64,000 bases of DNA from an uncultured Bdellovibrionales bacterium (GCA_964510065.1 CAZEAC010000020.1:2799-66798); one strand, 5' to 3'; shown: positions 35,048-44,433, numbered from the stretch's first letter. Made by a program: numbers and translations. The notes: generated by a model from the sequence alone, not told the origin.

Positions 35048-36691
35048 CTAGCCACATACCAACGTTGAGACAGGCACTTTCTCTGTCGCCTTGATCGCAC
35101 TTTCAAAGTCTCTACGGATCTTCCGACTGAGCTTATTGAGTGCCTTGGTGCGAATGTTTGCCTTTCTACCCTTCTTTATAAGCGCGGCACCCAAACTCTT
35201 GAGCTCGCCTACATTAGTCCTGTAGCTGTTTACATTCGAGGCAAGCGAAACTTCAGCACAGACCTTCGGTCCGTCGCATGCCGTGACAACCGTGGGTATA
35301 CTCCATGCCAGCTGCCAGCTCTCTAAATACAAAAGATCCGCCCTTGATTTAGCATCTCTCGAAAAAGTCTTCACCGCGTCTTTAGAAAGTGGTGACTTCT
35401 CAATCAATCGAACAAGGCTCCATACCGAGTTTCTAAGCGCAAGCGCGCCTCCGTCCATCGCAAAAAGATCATCGCGAATTTCAAAATCATCGCAGCTCAA
35501 GCATGATTTTCCATCGCCGCCACAAACACCACAGCGGTCGAGGACCGCACTTCCATTAAGCACGCCTTTGCAGTCAAGGCATGAAGCGCCATTACCGCCA
35601 CATACGCCGCAACGATCAATTACTGCCCCACCATTCGGCACGCCTTTACAATCAAGGCAACTTGTTCCATTGCCACCGCAAATTCCGCACTGATCAACAA
35701 CGCGGCCAGGATTTTCCGTGTTATTACAATCACCGCACGTAGTTCCATCGCCGCCGCACACACCGCAACGATCAACTACTTTTTGCCCAAAAGGTTCCCC
35801 GGAACAATCGAGACAGGAGGTGCCATTTCCCCCACAAAGCCCGCAACGATCTACCACAGCGTTCCCGCAAAGGGTCCCCGCACAATCTCGACAGGTAGCT
35901 CCATCACCGCCAAACACACCACATTCATCAACAATTAGCTGTTTGGTAAATTTAAACGCGACGACACTCGAGCCATTCAATTGCACTGCATCATAACCAA
36001 GCGCTACTAACTCCGAGGGAGTCAAAAACGTGATCGGGCCCACAAAGTCACCCTGGTCAATAACATTCAAACTTATTGTTTTCGCAAAATAGGTTTGCGC
36101 CGCAGTAAATGGACCGTAACTAAGAGTACCGCCAACCGAGATCACCTTATTTTCATAATTCTGAAGAGTAGAGAATCCAGCATTCGTCGAAGCCACTGAT
36201 TTTGCGCCAACATTTCGGTATAGTCCAAGCGCCTGCACACCTGAGTCATTGAGCGCGGCATAACGAATTCCGTAGAGCTGCCTTGCTACACTCGCCTCGG
36301 CAAAATTAAGTCCTGAAAAATTCAAGAAGAGATCGCCGTGAGTAACCAGGGCGGAATTCGAGAGCTGCCCAGTAAGCGCGAGCTCGCCTTTCACTACCAC
36401 GACGATTTCGTCGTGTAGCTCAAGAAAGGCCAAGCCATTAAGCTCAAAAGCCCCACCTAACTGTCCGCCAGTAATACCATCATTTCCCGAGTCTGGAGCA
36501 TACTGCCATTGCTGCAAAAGGCTCTGCGTCTGCAAGAAACTGAGATCGTTGAGACACTCATAGGCTACGCTAAGCGTCGCGCCACCGACCACCGGCCCGC
36601 ACTTCGATGTCGTGGGACTCTGCGCGACAAGCTGCGTCGCGAGAAGAAATATCGATACTACCGAAGAGTAGATTAACTCATTAAGTTTCAT
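35048..36691 (-). CDS. secreted protein with six tandem CGVCGG(D/N)GxSC cysteine repeats
   Basis: Signal peptide (SVVSIFLLATQLVAQS). About 220-aa beta-rich N-domain. Six 26-aa repeats of the form VDRCGVCGGDGTSCLDCxGxxxGxxV, then a helical C-terminal ~145 aa. Confidence 0.8.
   Translation of the reverse strand: MKLNELIYSSVVSIFLLATQLVAQSPTTSKCGPVVGGATLSVAYECLNDLSFLQTQSLLQQWQYAPDSGNDGITGGQLGGAFELNGLAFLELHDEIVVVVKGELALTGQLSNSALVTHGDLFLNFSGLNFAEASVARQLYGIRYAALNDSGVQALGLYRNVGAKSVASTNAGFSTLQNYENKVISVGGTLSYGPFTAAQTYFAKTISLNVIDQGDFVGPITFLTPSELVALGYDAVQLNGSSVVAFKFTKQLIVDECGVFGGDGATCRDCAGTLCGNAVVDRCGLCGGNGTSCLDCSGEPFGQKVVDRCGVCGGDGTTCGDCNNTENPGRVVDQCGICGGNGTSCLDCKGVPNGGAVIDRCGVCGGNGASCLDCKGVLNGSAVLDRCGVCGGDGKSCLSCDDFEIRDDLFAMDGGALALRNSVWSLVRLIEKSPLSKDAVKTFSRDAKSRADLLYLESWQLAWSIPTVVTACDGPKVCAEVSLASNVNSYRTNVGELKSLGAALIKKGRKANIRTKALNKLSRKIRRDFESAIKATEKVPVSTLVCG
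35489..35932 (-). repeat. six in-frame 78-bp tandem repeat units (coding)
   Basis: Asp-Arg-Cys-Gly positions recur every 26 codons (aa 255, 281, 307, 333, 359, 385). The plus-strand pattern CCGCCRCA...GCAACGATC recurs every 78 nt. Confidence 0.85.
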
Positions 36692-36807
36692 AACCTTTCA
36701 AGACCCTCACGTAACAATGGTTTACAATGGAATGTATGAGGTTTTACAGGCGCACGCCAGTCACAATCTTAGCCTGCACCGCTTAATGACAGGAGGCATG
36801 GTTTGGC

Positions 36808-37998
36808 TTACGGTACGGAGGGGTCACTCGGATTTGAGGGCAGAGTACGGTCAACAAAGCCAATCTTTTCAAGTGGAAGCATGAGGTAAAATGTAGTTCC
36901 CTGACCAACTACTGACTCCACACGAACTTCCCCGAAATGAAGCTCCACAATTCTTTGCACTACGGCAAGGCCGATGCCAGTACCCTCGGCTCCGTTCGAC
37001 GAAGTAGAACCACGACTAAACATGGTGAAGATATCTTTAAGCTCGTCCTGCGGTATACCGGGTCCATTGTCTTGAACAAAGACTTCAGCGAACCGGGCAA
37101 TACTTCTTTCATGAAAGCTGCGCACGCCGATATTGATGAGTACCGGACTCTTGTCATTATATTTAACTGCATTATTGATCAGATTCATGAAGACGCGTTC
37201 AAGTAGTTGAGGATTCCCCCAAACCTTCGGCAATTCGCCAACACCGATTTTAATTTCGAGTTTTTCGTCGAAACTTAAATCGCCTATTGCCGCGTTTACT
37301 ACCGCAGAGAGCTCGACTTCTCCCATTTTCGCTGCCTTCGCGCCAAGCCGCGCCAGGTCATACATTGACTGCACAATACTCGTCAGCCTGTCAGTTGACT
37401 GTAATGCGCGAGTAATTAATTGCTTCGCGCGTTCGTCGAGCACGGACTCGTATTTATCGAAGATATACTCGAGTTTCATGCTCACGCCTCCAAGAGGACC
37501 GCGAATATCATGCGCAAGCGTTGCGCTGAAGTCATCAAGCCGCCGGTTTTTCTCTTCGAGCATCAAGTTCGCCTCGGTAAGTTTTGCAAGGAGACGTTTA
37601 TTCTCCTCCTCAACTCGTTTTAAGCGCAGCAGGTGCCGAAAAGCAGGAACAGATTCGCCGCGCCAGCTATCACGTTCGACAAGCACTTTGTCGCAGCCGC
37701 CATTATAAAGTTCAGCGACTTCCGCGGGCGATGCGGTAGGGGCGGCAACGGCTATCACCGGTTCTGAGTCGCTGACACGAATGCGCTGCAATGCTTCGAG
37801 AATTTGCGTGAAGGAGCCACGCTGACAGAGCAGCATCGCATGCGTCTCTTCGCATGCAAGAACTGACTCCAAGTCCTGCATACTATGCACGCCAAAAACC
37901 GTCGCATCGGGAAATCCCGCCTGCATCACGGCAAGGGTTTCACGAAGCTCTTCGGCCTCCTCATCGACTATCAGGATGCGTAGCACGTTAGCACCCAT
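36808..37998 (-). CDS. histidine kinase with N-terminal receiver-like domain lacking the phospho-acceptor Asp
   Basis: H-box FSATLAHDIRGPLGGV, N-box NLINNAVKYN, DNGPGI and GTGIGLAVV. The N-terminal REC-like fold (ILIVDEE...) has HAMLLCQRG where xxxxxDxxMP is expected. Confidence 0.85.
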   Translation of the reverse strand: MGANVLRILIVDEEAEELRETLAVMQAGFPDATVFGVHSMQDLESVLACEETHAMLLCQRGSFTQILEALQRIRVSDSEPVIAVAAPTASPAEVAELYNGGCDKVLVERDSWRGESVPAFRHLLRLKRVEEENKRLLAKLTEANLMLEEKNRRLDDFSATLAHDIRGPLGGVSMKLEYIFDKYESVLDERAKQLITRALQSTDRLTSIVQSMYDLARLGAKAAKMGEVELSAVVNAAIGDLSFDEKLEIKIGVGELPKVWGNPQLLERVFMNLINNAVKYNDKSPVLINIGVRSFHERSIARFAEVFVQDNGPGIPQDELKDIFTMFSRGSTSSNGAEGTGIGLAVVQRIVELHFGEVRVESVVGQGTTFYLMLPLEKIGFVDRTLPSNPSDPSVP

Positions 37999-38017
37999 GA
38001 CGCGGATTCTCCGGGTA

Positions 38018-38782
38018 TTAAAGCGCTCGTTTTAGGTAATTCTTGAGCCTGATGAGTGCGCGGGATCGAATTTGCGAGGCGCGCGATTCAGTCACGCCAA
38101 GGATTTCTCCGATCTCTTTCAAGTTCAGCTCTTCGTAAAAATAGAGACTTATCACAAGCCGCTCTTTCTCTGGGAGTCGATCAAGCGCACGCGCGATAAC
38201 ACCGATCTTTTCACCGGTGAGAAGCTTATGCAGTGGGTCGTGCCCGCTGCTCGCGATCCACTCGTCAGCTTTAAAGCGCTCCTCGCCATGGCCAAAGCCA
38301 AGCTCTTCGAAGCTCAGCATGACAATGCTTCCTACCTCGCCAAGGAGTTTTTGAAGCTCGTCTACCTCAATTCCGATTTCGACGGCGACTTCTTCATCAG
38401 TAGCTGGGCGGCCGAGCTTTTGCTCAATCTTTTGGTAGGCCTGTTCAATCTTATGCGACTTGAAACGGAGCGACCTGGGAAGCCAGTCCTGCGAACGGAA
38501 GCTGTCCAAAATTGCACCGCGTATGCGAAATTGTGCATAGGTCGAAAAGTTGGTTTCATGCCGCGGGTCATACTTTTCAAGAGCGTCGACAAGTCCAATA
38601 ATGCCCGAGTTAAGCATTTCGCGTATATCGACGTCCTTCGGTAACCTACCGGAAAGACGATGAACTACCCGCTTTACCAGCGGTAAATAGTTGTTAATTA
38701 ACTCCTCTTTCTCCTGAGAGGAGATGTTGCGGTACGCCTCAGCCGCAGAACCTTTACTTTTCGCTAGCGTTGATTTCTTCAT
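38018..38782 (-). CDS. fliA: flagellar sigma factor FliA (sigma-28)
   Basis: Sigma-70 regions 2, 3 and 4 (YLPLVKRVVHRL; LNLKEIGEILGVTESRASQIRSRAL). Positioned after flhF-flhG. Confidence 0.9.
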   Translation of the reverse strand: MKKSTLAKSKGSAAEAYRNISSQEKEELINNYLPLVKRVVHRLSGRLPKDVDIREMLNSGIIGLVDALEKYDPRHETNFSTYAQFRIRGAILDSFRSQDWLPRSLRFKSHKIEQAYQKIEQKLGRPATDEEVAVEIGIEVDELQKLLGEVGSIVMLSFEELGFGHGEERFKADEWIASSGHDPLHKLLTGEKIGVIARALDRLPEKERLVISLYFYEELNLKEIGEILGVTESRASQIRSRALIRLKNYLKRAL

Positions 38783-38996
38783 AATTGGCCAGAATGCTTA
38801 TAATTATTCGGGTTATCGCGATTACACCGATCATTACCAATGCCGCACGCCAACAGATCGTCGTCACCGGGACACTGCTCATCAAACCAGAGGCGAGCAT
38901 CACGCAAAGAGCAAGCAGACAGACTCCCGCTTGAAGCTTCTGGAGATACACAAAGCTAATCCGCTTGACCGCCTTTTTATCAGCTGCCATAAGCAC
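38754..38996 (-). CDS. small two-TM membrane protein (unverified)
   Basis: 80-aa ORF that bridges flhG and fliA with overlaps at both ends. Two hydrophobic helices (GVCLLALCVMLASGLM and AALVMIGVIAITRIIISIL). Confidence 0.35.
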   Translation of the reverse strand: MLMAADKKAVKRISFVYLQKLQAGVCLLALCVMLASGLMSSVPVTTICWRAALVMIGVIAITRIIISILANYEEINASEK

Positions 38997-39891
38997 TTAG
39001 CTCCAAAAGCTGCTTGAAGAAAAACTGCATTCCACCCTTTACCCTGAGCTCAAGAAACTCGGAATCCATTCGGCGAGCGACCTGCGAAAACGCCAAAGCC
39101 GCCTGACTGCTCGGATAGAGCTCGACAAGCGCTCTCTGACTTGCAACTGCTTCTGCGACAGAGCGATCCTCCGGGACAGATCCCAGGTAATTTAGCTCTA
39201 CATGCAAGAACCGTTCTACGGCTTTGGCAAAACGATTAAATACTTTTGCGCCCTCGCGTTCATCAGAAACGGTGTTCACCAGCACCGAAAACCGCTTCTC
39301 ATCGTAGTTTTGCGACATCACCTTCACCAATGCATACGCGTCGGTCAGTGATGTTGGCTCGCCATTTATTACTACTACGATCTCACTCGATGCCGAGTTG
39401 AAATACATTACCTCAGAACCAATCCCCGCCGAGGTGTCTATCAACAGATAGTCATAGTGCACCGCGATCTCTTCAATTGCCTGCAGTAAGACCATGCGCC
39501 GCTCGGTATCCAAGCTGCAAATTGACTCAACACCGCTCGCCGCGGGAATCACCGCAATTCCCTCCGGGCCTTCCACAACAATGTCCTTCATCGGAATACC
39601 GTTTTCGAAAAGGTCGTTGAGCGTATAGCGCGGTTGTATTCCTAACATCACATCGATATTGGCAAGCCCCAGATCGGCATCGAGCACAAGAACATTCCTT
39701 CCTGCTCGTGCCAGCGCCACGGCAATATTTACCACCGCGGTACTCTTCCCGACCCCGCCCTTTCCACTCGTGACACTAATTACTCGAGTCACGCCTTGCC
39801 TCGCCGGTTTTGCATTGACTACTTCATCGCGCAACATTCTCAACCCTTCCGCCTGATCTTTCACCGATTCGTTCTCCAAATTTAGATTCAA
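38980..39891 (-). CDS. flhG: flagellar number regulator FlhG (MinD/ParA-type ATPase)
   Basis: Deviant Walker A SGKGGVGKST and DADLGLANID. Immediately downstream of flhF. Confidence 0.88.
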   Translation of the reverse strand: MNLNLENESVKDQAEGLRMLRDEVVNAKPARQGVTRVISVTSGKGGVGKSTAVVNIAVALARAGRNVLVLDADLGLANIDVMLGIQPRYTLNDLFENGIPMKDIVVEGPEGIAVIPAASGVESICSLDTERRMVLLQAIEEIAVHYDYLLIDTSAGIGSEVMYFNSASSEIVVVINGEPTSLTDAYALVKVMSQNYDEKRFSVLVNTVSDEREGAKVFNRFAKAVERFLHVELNYLGSVPEDRSVAEAVASQRALVELYPSSQAALAFSQVARRMDSEFLELRVKGGMQFFFKQLLELSAYGS

Positions 39892-39923
39892 ATCCTTGTC
39901 CTACTAGCTCATTTTTTTTGCTT

Positions 39924-40901
39924 TTAATGCACCGTATGCGTCAGCATCCAGCCAAGCCGTCGCGCGTTGGCCGGCTCAATATCTTCCGGTACACGTTGTC
40001 CCGTCGTAAAGAATGAGAGCGGAAATCCAAGTCTGGTTGCCACATTAATTACCGGCCCGATATAGCCGCTCTCATCAAGTTTGGTAATGATCGTTCTCGA
40101 ATAGCCCAGAGGTGCAAAAGCTTTAGCAGTGGAAAACAGATCAACTTCATGAGTCGGCGCCGGAAGCACGAGCATCCTCTCGATGCCTTTGATGCCCTTT
40201 AGCAATCCGGAAAGCTCGGCAAGTTTAGATCGATCGCGTGGGCTGCATCCGGGCGTGTCAATTAAAATCAGATCGAGCGCGCGCATGCCTACAAGAATCT
40301 TGCGCAGTGATTCCGCGTGAGCCTTGGCTGGGTCGAGCACTTCACAAGGAATCGTAAGAAGCGATCCATAGGTTTGTAGCTGAAACCCGGCACCGATTCG
40401 GTAATTGTCTATTGAAATCAGCCCGATGCGAAGTCCAAATGCACGCTGAAGACGCGCCGCGAGTTTGGCTATAGTAGTGGTCTTTCCAACGCCGGTCGCA
40501 CCTATAAATGCGACCGCTTTTGCCTGTTTGGGAAGCACCGGATCAAATTGTAACACGCTTGCAAGCACTTCGGAGAGAACCAGATCCGCTCGTGCAGGCT
40601 TATTGCGGAGTCCGTTCAAAACTCTAGAAACACGTTGAGTAATTTCGTAATCGAGCCCTTGACTCGCGAGTATCGCCTCGAGAGAGTGCTGAAGTTCGGT
40701 GCCGGCACCAGCGGGGAGCGCATGTTCAACTTCAATAGTCGGTCCACTTGGCGGCAACGCCTGAATCTCGATCTGCGCGTCGGGGAGCTCGCGAGTATTT
40801 ACAATAACAGCCGAATCGCCGAGCTCATTACGCACCTGCCGCAGCACATCTTCAACCTGATTTCCCCGGTACACTCGCATTCTCATATCCGTTCCCCTCA
40901 C
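39924..40901 (-). CDS. flhF: flagellar biosynthesis GTPase FlhF (SRP-type)
   Basis: G1 GATGVGKTTTIAKLA, G3 LIDTPG, G4 TKLDE. Lies between flhA and flhG. Confidence 0.88.
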   Translation of the reverse strand: MRGTDMRMRVYRGNQVEDVLRQVRNELGDSAVIVNTRELPDAQIEIQALPPSGPTIEVEHALPAGAGTELQHSLEAILASQGLDYEITQRVSRVLNGLRNKPARADLVLSEVLASVLQFDPVLPKQAKAVAFIGATGVGKTTTIAKLAARLQRAFGLRIGLISIDNYRIGAGFQLQTYGSLLTIPCEVLDPAKAHAESLRKILVGMRALDLILIDTPGCSPRDRSKLAELSGLLKGIKGIERMLVLPAPTHEVDLFSTAKAFAPLGYSRTIITKLDESGYIGPVINVATRLGFPLSFFTTGQRVPEDIEPANARRLGWMLTHTVH

Positions 40902-40906
40902 TAAAC

Positions 40907-43057
40907 CTACGCCGCCTGACGTTCCTCAACCGTGACGACACCGAGCGATTGCACCTTGGTATTTGGTGCAATTTCTTGGTGGGTAATAACAGCAACTCCT
41001 GGAACAAATCTCTCCACAAAATGATGCATTGCCGGGCGAAGATGCGTCGGCGCCAGAACCACCGGCGTCTGCCCAATTTCAGCAAAGCGTTCGACCACTC
41101 GATTTAACCTATTGATCAGCTGCTGTGCGAATCCTGGCTCGAGTGCAAAAAAGCTGCCCTCATCGGTTTGTTGAATTACATCGCTTAGTCCGCGTTCCAG
41201 AGATGGAGCCAAGCTCACGAGCGGCAGCACGCCATCTTGATTGACATATTTCGCAGTAATCGCGCGCGCAAGCCGCTTGCGCACGAACTCGACCAGCTTT
41301 TCAGTGCTCTTTACTGTCGGCGCCCAATCGGCAAGCGCTTCAAGTATCGTCTTCAAATCGCGAATCGGAATTCCTTCGCGAAGAAGCGAAGCAAGAATCC
41401 GCTGCACCTGACCAAGTGGAAGAAGCGTCGGGATAAGCTCTTCGACAACCTTAGGCGATTGTTTGGCAATATTATCCACCAGATGCTGCACCTCTTGGCG
41501 CCCAAGGAGCTCATGCATGCTCGCGCGGACAAGTTCAGTGAGGTGAGTGGTAATGACAGTCGAGAGATCAACAACGGTGTAACCGGAAAATTGCGCGCGT
41601 TCTTTATCGGCAGGGGCAATCCACAGTGCATCGAGGCCGAACGCCGGCTCCTTGCAGGGCGAGCCCGGCACCGGCGCGGTAACATTTCCCGGATCCATCG
41701 CCAATAGATAATTCGCTTTTAGTTCGCCACCACCAATTTGCCCACCCTTTAGTAACACCCGGTACTCGCTGGGCTTGATGCGCACGTTATCTCTAATATG
41801 AATTGCAGGAACGATAAACCCGTAGTCAATCGCGAACTGCCTTCTTAGTGATCGGATTCTATCGACAAGATCCCCGGCTTCAACCAGCGACACCAGCTCG
41901 TAGCCCACTTCAAGTTCGAGCGTGTCCATGTGCAGGAGCGTGGTACATTCTTCTGTGCTTCCTGGCTTGGGCTTATTCTCTTCCTCCTGTTTCTCCAATG
42001 TCGTCTCAGTGGCAACCCCGGATTTTTCACGACGCGCTTTCCAGATGCCGATAGCCCCGCTCGCCATCGATAGCAGCACAAAAGGACCGAACGGAAGACC
42101 GGGAACAATTGCCATTCCGAAGCACACCGCTGACGAGATAAAAAGCGGCTTCGAGGAAAGCGAGAGCTGCCCTAGCACCTCGGTACCAAGATCATCACCA
42201 GAAGCAGCTCGCGCCACTATCAAACCCGATGCCACCGAGATAAGAATCGAAGGAATCTGGCTGACAAGGCCGTCACCGATGGTCAGCAAAGTATACGTCT
42301 TAAACGCAACTTCCCACCCCATTTGGTGAAAAATAATGCCGACGACCAAACCGCCAGCGATATTTATCAACGTGATGAAGATACCGGCGACGGCATCTCC
42401 ACTCACAAATTTCGCGGCACCGTCCATTGCTCCGTAAAATTCTGCTTCGCGGGAGAGCTCTTTGCGACGCTCCTTGGCTTCGGCTTCACCTATTAAGCCG
42501 GTATTTAGATCAGAATCGATCGCCATCTGCTTTCCGGGCATCGCGTCGAGAGTAAATCTCGCGGCTACTTCGGCAATGCGTCCGGAACCCTTCGTGACGA
42601 CTTTCAAGTTGACGAGAGTGATCACGAGGAACATCACTGCGCCGACGACATAATTTCCGCCAACGACGAATTCGCCGAACGCTCGAATCACTTCGCCGGC
42701 TGCCGAAAGACCTGCGTCGCCATTTAACAAAACTAATCGGGTAGAGGCGATGTTCATCGCCAGTCGAAACAGCGTGGTTATCAAGAGTATCGCCGGAAAA
42801 GACGAGAACATCAGAGGCTTTTCCATGTACAAAGAGGCAAAGAGTACGACTAATGAGATTGTGACATTAAGCGCGATACATACGTCAAGAAGCGGTGTCG
42901 GCATTGGAAAGAGCAAGATACCAAGTATGCCGATGAGCGCGAGCGGAATGGCAAGATGTTGATACCGCGAGCCGGGTTTCTTCATGGAGTTCGCCGAGCT
43001 CGCTGCCTTGCCTGAGCGTCGTGCCGGTGCTTTTGCGGTCGCAGTCGCCGTTGCCAT
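40907..43057 (-). CDS. flhA: flagellar export apparatus protein FlhA
   Basis: 716 aa. TM region followed by FHIPEP-type motifs (VVGGNYVVG, RFTLDAMPGKQMAIDSDL) and a large cytoplasmic domain. Confidence 0.97.
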   Translation of the reverse strand: MATATATAKAPARRSGKAASSANSMKKPGSRYQHLAIPLALIGILGILLFPMPTPLLDVCIALNVTISLVVLFASLYMEKPLMFSSFPAILLITTLFRLAMNIASTRLVLLNGDAGLSAAGEVIRAFGEFVVGGNYVVGAVMFLVITLVNLKVVTKGSGRIAEVAARFTLDAMPGKQMAIDSDLNTGLIGEAEAKERRKELSREAEFYGAMDGAAKFVSGDAVAGIFITLINIAGGLVVGIIFHQMGWEVAFKTYTLLTIGDGLVSQIPSILISVASGLIVARAASGDDLGTEVLGQLSLSSKPLFISSAVCFGMAIVPGLPFGPFVLLSMASGAIGIWKARREKSGVATETTLEKQEEENKPKPGSTEECTTLLHMDTLELEVGYELVSLVEAGDLVDRIRSLRRQFAIDYGFIVPAIHIRDNVRIKPSEYRVLLKGGQIGGGELKANYLLAMDPGNVTAPVPGSPCKEPAFGLDALWIAPADKERAQFSGYTVVDLSTVITTHLTELVRASMHELLGRQEVQHLVDNIAKQSPKVVEELIPTLLPLGQVQRILASLLREGIPIRDLKTILEALADWAPTVKSTEKLVEFVRKRLARAITAKYVNQDGVLPLVSLAPSLERGLSDVIQQTDEGSFFALEPGFAQQLINRLNRVVERFAEIGQTPVVLAPTHLRPAMHHFVERFVPGVAVITHQEIAPNTKVQSLGVVTVEERQAA

Positions 43058-43065
43058 CTACGCTC

Positions 43066-44169
43066 CTACTTTGTAGCTCCCGTGGTAGATCGTTGCTGTC
43101 CGTACGGATTTTTCAGGCGATAGACATATGCCAACACTTCGGCAACCGCCTTAAATAGCGCTCGTGGAATCTCCGCACCAATCGAAGTCGATTCGTACAG
43201 GGCACGCGCCAGTATTTTTCGCTCCAGCACTGGCACTCCTGACTGTCTAGCGAGCTCGCGAATGCGCAGCGCAAGAAAATCAGCACCCTTCGCGACAACA
43301 ACCGGCGCGTTCATCTTATTTCGATCATATTTGAGTGCAACCGCAAAGTGCGTCGGGTTAGTGACAACCACATCCGCCTGAGGCACCGCCGCTTTTAGTC
43401 TCTGCAGAATACGTTGAAATCCCTTGGCTTGAATCTTGCGCTTCGTTTCTTCGTCGCCTTCGACCGATTTTCGTTCGTCTTTAACCTCCTCTTTGGTCAT
43501 TTTATTTGTTCGAAGCCACTGATATTTTCCCCAGAGGTAATCGATTGTTGCGAGCGCTGCGAGTACGTAGAAGATCTTCCAGAAGAGCGTCCCAATATGG
43601 TCTCCGGTATACTGCAACACCTGCTGCACGTTGAGATGTACCAAGACGATCATTTCCGGAGCAAAGCGCTTGAGCGCATAATACGCTATCGGCAGGATCA
43701 GCGAGAGCTTTGCAAGCGCTTTTAATGTGTTGGCGACTCCGTGTATCGAGAATATTCGTTTTAGGCCGCCTATCGGATTGAGGAAGTTCCAGCGGAAATG
43801 AATCCATTTTTCGCGGATATTCCAATTTGTCTGCAACATCACCGCCATCGACGACACGAATCCGACTACCGCGCAGATGATCAAGAGTTCCGGCGCGGTA
43901 ATTCGAAGCGTCGAAAGCAGAAGCCGCTGCAGGATCTCACCTGAGAGCGGTTCGTCATTTGCAATTTCCAAGAAAGATTTGCGCATGACCTGTTTCATAC
44001 CGTCGAACATATGTCCGACAACCATGGTCAAAATGAGAAAGCCCGACGAGAGCGAGGCGAGCGCAACGATGTCGCTTGAAAGATGAAGCGCTCCTTCTTT
44101 TCGGAGCTGTCCCATGCGCCGGTCTGTAGGCAATTCTGTGCGATCATCTGGGTGCGAGAGTTCAGACAT
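43066..44169 (-). CDS. flhB: flagellar export switch protein FlhB
   Basis: DRTELPTDRRMGQLRKEG N-terminus, four TM segments and the autocleavage site NPTHFAVAL. Start set at ATG 44169 behind AGGA; the track ORF starts at 44205. Confidence 0.95.
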   Translation of the reverse strand: MSELSHPDDRTELPTDRRMGQLRKEGALHLSSDIVALASLSSGFLILTMVVGHMFDGMKQVMRKSFLEIANDEPLSGEILQRLLLSTLRITAPELLIICAVVGFVSSMAVMLQTNWNIREKWIHFRWNFLNPIGGLKRIFSIHGVANTLKALAKLSLILPIAYYALKRFAPEMIVLVHLNVQQVLQYTGDHIGTLFWKIFYVLAALATIDYLWGKYQWLRTNKMTKEEVKDERKSVEGDEETKRKIQAKGFQRILQRLKAAVPQADVVVTNPTHFAVALKYDRNKMNAPVVVAKGADFLALRIRELARQSGVPVLERKILARALYESTSIGAEIPRALFKAVAEVLAYVYRLKNPYGQQRSTTGATK

Positions 44170-44330
44170 AGAGCGGTCCTGCACCGATGCAAAAGCAAGG
44201 GTCATGCCTCAAAAAACGGAGTTAAGTTATTGATTTTAGAACGTTGCGGGAGTGATCGGGGTCAAGCTAAGGAACAGTTCGTGTCAATTCAATGACGCTC
44301 TGTCCGAAACGTCCTGTGCATGCTACTGTC

Positions 44331-44412
44331 CCTCCTCTGTGCTCTCCGTGTCTCTGTGGTTTGTTTTTAGTTCGAATTGACCACAGAGACACAGAGCGCA
44401 CGGAGTTAGGAA
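44331..44412. repeat. palindromic REP/MITE-like repeat, copy 2
   Basis: Arms CTCTGTGCTCTCCGTGTCTCTGTGGT (44335-44360) and ACCACAGAGACACAGAGCGCACGGAG (44380-44405) pair at 23 of 26 positions. Located in the divergent flhB/bTHX intergenic region. Confidence 0.75.
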
Positions 44413-44433
44413 ATAAAATTTTGGGAATGCACT

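Noticed and set aside
35283-35996. Plus-strand ORFs with repeated PPQTPQRS/PPHTPQRS units.
   Set aside because: They are the antisense reading of the 78-bp Cys-repeat array. The periodicity is inherited from the minus-strand gene, which has a signal peptide and a conserved Cys pattern.
38072-38644. 190-aa plus-strand ORF antisense to fliA.
   Set aside because: fliA on the minus strand has clear sigma-70 region 2 and 4 motifs and an operon context. The antisense ORF has no motif.
44317-44331. A possible sigma-54 promoter for flhB (minus strand, GGACAG-TAGCA-TGCA).
   Set aside because: GG-N10-GC spacing is satisfied, but three of the four remaining -24 positions and one -12 position deviate from consensus. 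That is too weak to call without a PWM score.
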